A DNA stretch of 63,885 nt from Chiloscyllium plagiosum. Lineage: Eukaryota. The position numbers and the translations under genes are program-made. Each line of letters starts with the position of its first letter. Positions within the stretch are counted from its first letter, which is position 1. The stretch spans positions 21,275,953-21,339,837 of the forward strand of contig NC_057749.1 in the NCBI RefSeq assembly GCF_004010195.1, given 5' to 3'. Below, piece after piece: positions 46,601 through 55,600 of this stretch. Below the pieces are notes generated by a model. The model was not told where the DNA came from, ran no database searches, and saw nothing but the letters and a program-made list of their open reading frames with translations.

Positions 46601-49600
46601 CCAACTCTGGGAAAAAGATTGAGTGCATTCACCCTATCCATGCCTCTCATGATCTTATTCACTTCTATAAAGTCCCCCCTCAGTCTCCTATGCTGTAAAG
46701 GAAGATGTCCTAGCTTGTCCAACCTCTCCCTATAACTCAGACCTTTGAATCCAGGCAAACAGAGTCAAAGAGTGTGTTGCAGGAAAAGCACAGCAGGTCA
46801 GGCAGCATCCGAGGAGCAGGAAAATCAACGTTTTGGGCATAAGTCCATTAGCAGGAATGCCCAGGCAACATCCTTGTAAATTTCTTCTGCACTCTTTCCA
46901 GTTTAATAATGCCATTCCTATCAACTCCCTACCTCCATCTTCCCTCCCCCCATCTCCCATCTCCTACGAGAGGCTCTTGTTGATTGGGGCAGGGTTTGGT
47001 GGGACACTATAGGGATAAGTTGACTCACCGCCTGATGTTTTCTGGAGAAGATGAAGAGTATGATGACGAGCATGCACAACCCTCCGAAGGAGATTAACTG
47101 CTCGGGCCTCTTCGCAGTGTCAACGGCCAACCAGGTGATCAAACCCACCAAAGCCAACATGCTAATTATCCTGATGGAAACCAATAAGGAGAAACAATTT
47201 GCTCATTTCTTTATTTAGATGTATTTTGTTTAACCACTGTTAAGATTGAGGTGAAATATTGTAAGAATATTAAAATATTATAGATAGCACGGGAGTTCAT
47301 GGTGAGGTCATTTGGTGCACACAAGATTATTGTGAAAATATTCAAACAGAGACCCTACTTGACTCCTCCCCTGGATGGTGAACATCTCAAGCCTCCATTG
47401 AAAGACTGGACAGAGATATTGTGAACCAATGGTCTTGCATGTGTTAGTGTTAGGTCAATGACTTAATTAAGGGTAAATGAGTGTCATTAAAGTTCTTTCA
47501 GGAAGGACATCTGCCATTCTTACATGATCTGGCAGACATGTGACTCCCTGCCCACAGCAAGGTGGCTGACTCTGACGGGCTTAGGCAGCCCCTTAGTGTA
47601 TCGGACAGCTCCAAATTCCAATAAACACACACACGCACGTGTGCACACACACACACACAGAAACAGAGGCACATGCACGCAGACACACACACACACACAC
47701 ACAGAAACAGAGACACACGTACGCAGACACACGCACACATACACGCACACAAAAACACACACTCACACACACACACATGCACACACACTCCTGTCAACCC
47801 TACAAAATCCTCCTTGCTAACATCTGAGGGCTAGTGTCAACAACTGTCTCCCAAGCAAGACAAGCAATAGCCAATTGACATGGTCATTCTCACTGGAGGC
47901 AAGTAAAAATAAAAGGGTAGGTTTTAATGAAGGGTTTAGCATTGAGCTTATATCAAAAGGGGACCTCGACAATTTGAGCAGTCTTGCAGGGTCCCCCCTC
48001 GGAGGGTATTCCGCACTCCAGGAGGATTTTCCTGAGCAGTTTGTTCCTGCACTCCCTTCATCCCCTTCGATAGTTCGGACATGCCTCGACATTCCAACGG
48101 TCATCGAGAAGGTGCAGAAATGCCTCGTGGAGACCGGAGTCTTCCCATTTACCGTCCAGGATTTGGAGTGAAGGAACAGAGTGTGCAGCAGTCCCGAGCA
48201 AAGGGAGGTTCAGGTCGCCTGTATTTTCTGAGGGTTGAGGAGTCTGTGTTTCTTCATTATTTAAAGAGATGGGATGGGGGGGGGGGGGGAAGGGTTGGCT
48301 TCTAATTAAGCTTTGATTATACTTCAGGCCCATGCCCCTGATGTTTGGCTACCCCATGGGTGGGCAATTTGGAGGGTTTCTTTGTGGCTTTGGCAAAGAT
48401 GGTCAGTAGGAGATGGGGAGAACATTAGACCTGCCCGCCTATCTCTCTCCCACATCGGGGGTGGTGTGGGGGGGTGACCACAGACAGTGGGCTGCCCCCC
48501 GTAGGTGGCTACTGCGGGGGATGGGCAAATCAAATTGTCACCCCCAGATTCACACCTTAACTTAATTTGTTATGTTTCTGTTGGTAATTTGTTTTCCTGA
48601 TGATGTTCCCCTTTAAAGGGCGTGTTGATTGTTTTTTTGTTGAGTTGGTCAATTTGGTTCCTCTCAACAGTATTAAAGGAAGGGGCGGTGTAGTCAGGAG
48701 GTCTGTCGGATTGCTGAGGTGTGAATAAACATCTCCGTCCAGGAAAATCCCTGTGCCTTTGCTTCCGTTTCACCAATTGGCTTGGGACCAATTGTCAGCC
48801 AGCATTGCCCCCAACATCTCCCTGGAGAAACAGATTGATTCATTAGCAATGAAATCCACCCGGACATCTCCAGGGAACACAGACACTGGGAGCAGGAAGA
48901 GGCGATTTTGCCCCAATAGCCTACTCCACCATTCGATGTGATCATGGCTGATCCTCGACCTCAGTGCCATTTTCCTGTGTTTTCCCCAAACACCTTGGCG
49001 GCCTTAAACATCTACACACTCTTCAGGAATAAGTGTTTAATGCGACTGTGTTTCTTTCTGTAAAGCATCATGGGACTCGAGTTAAAAATCACACAACACC
49101 AGGTTACAGTCCAACGGGTTTAATTCATCAAGCGCTCCGAAAGCTAGTGCTAAACCTGTTGGACTATAACCTGGTGTTGTGTGATTTTTAACTTTGTCCA
49201 CCCCAGTCCAACACCGGCATCTCCAAATCGGGACTCAAGAGAGTTCAGTCAAGATTGCGGGGGCTCAGTGGTTAGCACTGTTGCCTCACAGCACCAGGGA
49301 CCCAGGTTCGATCCCAGCCTCGGGCGACTGTCTGTGTGGAGTTTGCACATTCTCCCCGTGTCTGCGTGGGTTTCCTCCGGGTGCTCCAGGTTTCCTCCCA
49401 CAGTCCAAAGATGTGCAGGTCAGGGTGGCCATGGGACATTGTCCCATAGTGTCCAGGGACGTGCAGGCTAGTTGGATCAGCCAGGGGAAATGAGGGGTTA
49501 TGGGGCGATGTTCTTTGGAGGATCAATGCAGACTTGATAGGCCGAATGGCCTCATTCTGCAGTGTAGGGATTCTATGACTCTCTGAAGTTAAGAAGCACA

Positions 49601-52600
49601 AAGCTTCCAGATGTCTGAAAGGAAACAGCTTACCATTTAAACCATCTGGAGCGTTGCTTGAGCCGCGAACTCACAGGTGAGAAGAAATGGACGATTCTTT
49701 TTCCCAGAAATCTCTTGATGAGGTCGTAAACCACAAAGAAAGCAACGACACAGGTCATGACCAAGAGGGCGATGGCTCGATGAAAGTTGAGTATGCAGGC
49801 AGTGATGAGGAATGCTAGAAAGCCTGGGTTAGGGGAGTAACAGAGCAAAGCATTCATTGATTTTCTTTTAATTAATTGATTAAATTAATTAATGCTTCTT
49901 CTAGTTTTGTGGATCATTAAGGTCTGTGCTTTGTCAGATATTGGAGCCCATTTGAAACCTGGATTGGCATGAAGTTCCAGAGCTCTGACTGAGCCAAATT
50001 GCTTCCAGACTTTTTGATTGGATTTGGTTTATTATTGTCACATGCACCGAGATACAGTGAAAATTATTGTTTTGCACACTAACCAGACAATTCATTCCTT
50101 ACATAACTATGCCAGGGTAATAGAACAGAATGCAGAATGTAGTGTTACTGCTACAGAGACGGTGCAGAGAAAGATCAACTCTCAAAAAGAGAGGTCCGTT
50201 CATTAGTCTGATAACAGCGGGGAATCAGCTGTTCTTGAATATGTTGATATGTGTTTCAAACTTTGTATCGGCTACCCAATGGAAGAGGGTGGAAGAGAGT
50301 ATAACCAGGGTGGGAGGGGTCTTTGATGATGTTGGCTGCCTTCCTGAGGCAGTGGGAAGTGTAGATGGAGCCAATGGGTGGAAGGTTGGTTTGTGTGATG
50401 GACTGGGCTGTGTTCATAACTCTCTGTAGTTTCTTGTGATCCTGGGCAGAGCAGTCACCATACCTCTCCACGTAACTGAGATCTCTCAGCTCTGATTCCA
50501 TCTCTAAGGCCTCACCATCCTACTGCTGCCCAGAGTTGAACACGATACTCAAACTGAGGCCCTTTTTGGTGTTTGAGGCTGGTGGACAGAGCTCAGACAG
50601 AGAGTTCGATTCTAGCCTCAGGCGACTGTCCGTGTGGAGTTTGCACGTTCTCCCCGTGTCTGTGTGGGTTTCCTCCGGGTGCTCCGTTTTCCTCCCACAG
50701 TCTGAAGATTAACAGCTTAGAGTGGATTGGCCATGAGAAATTGCCCCATAGTGTCCAGGGATGTGCAGGCGAGATGGGCGAGCCATAGGAAATACAGGGT
50801 TAGGGGGATATGGTGGGTCTGGGTGGGGTGCTGTTCGGAGGAACGGTGTGGAGTCAATGGGCTAAATGGCCGGCTTCCACACTGTCGGGATTCTATGAAT
50901 TTTGATGGTGAAGGCAGGTCTCAGCACAAGGAGGGTGAAAGGGGAAATTCAAGCTGCTCATGCAGGCTTTCGAGATGGAGACAGAGAGAGTGAATCTTTC
51001 CAGGGCCAGGAAGAGTGAGCCACAGACAATATGGACTGTGGACATTTGGCCTAAGAACCAGAGGGTCGGTGAGGAAGGAACCAAAGTATGCAGTGAGGGA
51101 TTACAGCCTGGAATGCACTATCTGGAAAGATGCTGAATCCGATCCAGCTGTTCCCTTCGAAAGGCAAAAGGGTAACATGTTAAAGAGGGAAAGAAATAAA
51201 AACAGGATGTTGCTAAAGGAGGAAAGATTTGGCTCAAAAAGATGGTTCTTTCCATGTCCAGCAACGGCACAATGTGCTGAATGGTCTTCAGTTGTGCCAT
51301 TCCATTTTAGGATTCCATTGACCTGTCGTCTCAGGCTTTCTGATGGTGGGGGGGAGGCGGTGTTGCTGAGGGGGTGAAAGCAAAAACCACCCGAGTTTAA
51401 GGTGCTCAATCCACCTCACACTGACCCCCCCCCCCACCGTGAGGAGGTATTAGGGAAGATGAGCTAACGTTTGATCAGAGAGGTGGGAGTGCGAAGTCGA
51501 GGGGTGCAGGGAGGGAATTCCAGACCTCAGCTAGGCCTCAGTTTTTTTCAGAGTTCTCATCCTAGTTTTCAAATCCCTCCGTGGACTCGATCCCGCCACG
51601 AAACTTGGAATCTCCTCTCGCAGAGAGAACCAAACTCCTCGTGAGAACCTGGCCCCATTACAATCCCCAAGATGATTCGCTCCACTGTTGGTAGCCAGGT
51701 CCTCAGCTGCATGGGGCCTGGGCTTTGGGACTCCCTCTCTACGCCTCGCTACCTCGTTCTCCTCCTTGATGCCAGTCCAACCTCTTTGACCAATTGAAGT
51801 CATAGAACGTGGAACAGTACAGCACAGAACAGGCCCTTCAGCCCACGATGTTGTGCCGACCATTGATCCTCATGTGAGGTAAACCTAATGTATGAGCCCT
51901 CAAATTTCTGTGACCATATGCATGTCCAGCAGTCTCTTAAATATCCCCAATGACCTCGCTTCCATAACTGCTGCTGGCAACGCATTCTATGCTCTCAGAA
52001 CTCTCTGCATAAAGAACCTGCCTCTGACGTCCCCTCTATACTTTCCGCCAAACAGCTTAAAACTATGAACCCTTGTGTTAACAATTTCTGCCCTGGGAAA
52101 AGGTTTCTGGCTATCGACTCTATCTATGCCTCTCATTATCTTGTACACCTCAATTAGGTCCCCTCTCTTCCTTCTTTTCTCCAATGAAAAAAGTCTGAGC
52201 TCAGTCAACCTCTCTTCATAAGATAAGCCCTCCATTCCAGGCAGCATCCTGGTAAACCTCCTCTGAACCCTCTCCAAAACATCCACATCTTTCCTATAAT
52301 AGGGCGACCAGAACTGGACACAGTATTCCAAGTGCGGTCTAACCAAAGTTTTATAGAACTGCAACAAGATCTCACGGCTCTTAAACTCAATCCCCCTGTT
52401 AGTGAAAGCCCAAACACCATATGCTTTCTTAACAGGTCTAACTTGTATAATCTCTCCTCATAATGTAACCCCTGAAACTGTGTATCATTCTCGTAAGCCT
52501 ATTCCCTCCAAGACCAATCTATCCTTCCTAAGGTGTAGTGCCCAGTTCTGCTCACAGTCCTCCCAGTGGGAGCTAACCAGGGTTTTGTATAACTGCTGTA

Positions 52601-55600
52601 TAACATCTGTGTCCTGATACAATTCACTCGGATGATCCCTGGGATGGAGGAGTTGTATAATGAGCAAAGGCTAAAAAAGGTTGGAATTCAACTCTGGAGT
52701 TTAGAAAAATGAGGGGTGATCTCACTGGAACATATTGAATTCTTGAAGGGCTTGACGGGGTAAATGCTGAGAGGATGTTTCCCCTCATGGGAGAGCTGAG
52801 GGCCAGAGGGCAAGAAGATCAGAATAAAGGGGAACCAGTTTAAGACCAAGATGAGGAGCAATTTTTTTTCCATTTTTTTTTAAGAAAGGGGCAGCAAGGT
52901 GGCTCAGTGGTTAGCACTGCTGCCTCACAGCGCCAGGGAGCCAGGTTCGATTCCTGCCTTGGGTGACTGTCAGTGTGAAGTTTGCACATTCACCTAGTGT
53001 CTGCGTGGGTTTCCTCCGGGTGCTCCGGTATCCTCCCACAGTCCAAAGATGTGCAGGTTAGGGTGGATTGGTCGTGCTAAATTTCCCATTGTCAGGGGTG
53101 AATATGGGGAATGGGTCTGGGTGGGTTACTCTTCGGAGGGTCGGTATGGACTTGTTGGGCTGAAGGGCCTGTAAATCTCATCTAATTTATTCTCTCAGAG
53201 GGTTGTGAGTCCTAAGAACTCCTTGCCACAGAGAGCGGAGGGGGTAGAGTCCTTGCGTATATTTGTGACTGAGACAAATAAACTCTTGATCAGTTGGGGA
53301 ATCAAGATTTATGGGGAAAGGGCAGGAAAGTGGACATGAGGAATATTGGATCAGCCACAGAATGGCAGGGCAGGCTTGAGAGACCGAATGGCCCACTCCC
53401 ATTCCTATTTCTACTGGTCTTAAGAAGATGATTTCAGTTTCTCCGTGGATTTCACTAGCACCTTGAGACTTTGTGGATTCTGCTAACTGGGTGTCTGGGT
53501 TGTGTCCTGTGTAGCAGAGGTTACTCTATTAGACTAGACTGTTCCTACCCTGAGCCCACTGCACCCCTCTCTTATCTCATAGTGACTATTAGCATGCCAT
53601 CAGGATTCCCAACAAGTTCTTATTCAGGGCAAAAGTGAGGACTGCAGATGCTGGAAACCAGAATTTAGGTCAGAGTGGTGCTGGAAAAGCACAGCAGGTC
53701 AGGCAGCATCGGAGGAGTAGGAAAATCGAAGTTTCGGGCAAAAGCTCTTCATCAGGAATAGGACACCAGTGCAGAAAATACTGATCTCTGTCATACAGCT
53801 CCCCACTACAGCTCTCCCAATCCTTACTTCTCAGAGTCTTAATCACGTGACTGTTAATTCAGAGCTCAATCATTTCATTCACATTAGCTCTCCTATAGTT
53901 CTACAGAGGACAGTGTTTAAACCCAGAAAATATTAGGAATTAGTTACCATGAGATTCAGTGCCTTCAAGCGTTAACTTTTACCTGCAAGGAGTATGGCCA
54001 AGATGATGTACTTAATTACAGTCAAGTGGGCTTTGTAGACTGACTTTGCTCTTGAGGCAGACTCAGATACTTTGCTGGAAAAGACAAACATTTGTTTATT
54101 AACCCATTGTTCAGACATGATACGCTGCCATGAGCCAAACTTTCATTCTCTCTATTGAGATTCTTAAACGGATTGTTGTTGTGTCTCTTGGAATCGAGTT
54201 GAGGCACCAACAACTACCTGTGGGCAACTTGTCACTTGTGTTAGATTGAGAGGGGTCAACTAGTCATCAGAACTCTGAGTCCAGACAGTGACCTCGTTCC
54301 ATCATGACAATTCCCACGTCACACTGTGACTGAGATACAATACTCATTACAAGCTGCAGAAATACTCTTCATGTCGGAATCGATTCGTGAAAGACTGGAG
54401 AGGAAGGGAGAGAACAATTGGTGAATGAAAATGAAAATTGGGTAACTTTGCAATGATTGGGGTGAGAGTTGTTAATTTCAAAGTGTGTAAATAATACGGT
54501 CAAAGTTGTCTAGAGCTGAAATGTGAAGTGGGAAGTTTCCAATCAGCTACCTGTTATACAGGGCGGCATGGTGGCTCAGTGGTGAGCACCGCTGCCTCAC
54601 AGCACCAGGGTTTGATTCCAGCCTCGGGTGACTGTCTGTGTGGAGTTTGCACATTCTCCCCGTGTCTGCGTGGGTTTGCTCTGGTTGTCTCTACTGACCC
54701 TTTGTTAAAGCAACATCCTCTGTCTTTGCTCTATAACCTGCATAGCCTTCTGGAAGGCAAAAGTGAGGACTGGACATCAGAGTCGAGAGGGTGGCGCTGG
54801 AAAAGCACAGCAGGTCAGGCAGCATCCGAGGAGCAGGTGAGTCGATGTTTTGGGCGTAAGCCCTTCATCAGGAATGAAGCTTATTCTTCTGGAAGGGCTG
54901 AATTGAACAGGCCGGCCCCACACTGTCAGACAGTGCATTCCAAAACCTAACCTCTTGCTGGGGGGGAAAATGTCCTTATATAGGCAATGCTTCTCTTCAT
55001 GCCCTCTTGTTCTTGACCCTCCCATCAATGGGAACAGGTCCTTCCTCCCTACTCCGTACACATTCCATGCGGATTCAAACATCTCCCCTCTCGACCTTCT
55101 CCAAGGGGAACTGTCCCAACTTCTCCAAGCTATCCATGTGACTGAAACCTCACACCTCTGGGTTCATTCATCTCAATCTTTTCTGCACCCTGGCTAATGC
55201 CTTGCTCATTCAGTCCTTTAAGCCTGCCCCACCATTCAACATAATCGTGGCTGCTCCTCTATAGCAACACGATATTCCCCCTTTCACCCTAAAAATGTCA
55301 ATTATTGGAAAAGCCCATCTGGCTCGCTACTGCCCTTTAGCACAGGAAATGCTATCTTACCTGGTCTGGCCTACATGTGACTCCAGACCCACAGCAATGT
55401 GGTTGACTCTTAAACTGCCCCTTGGGCAATTAGGGATGGGCAATAAATGCTGGGCCTAGCCGTCAATTCCCTCAGTACATGAATGAATTTTTTAAAAGTA
55501 TCAATCTCTTTCTTGAATATTTTTAGTGACTTGACCTCCACAGACTTGGGCGGGAGAGAATTCCACAGGTTCATTACTCACTGAATGAAGAAATGTTTCC

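Noticed and set aside
49669..49674. Internal GTGAGT donor within exon c4
   Set aside because: It is in phase 0 whereas c5 needs phase 2, so use would frameshift; there is no evidence of use.
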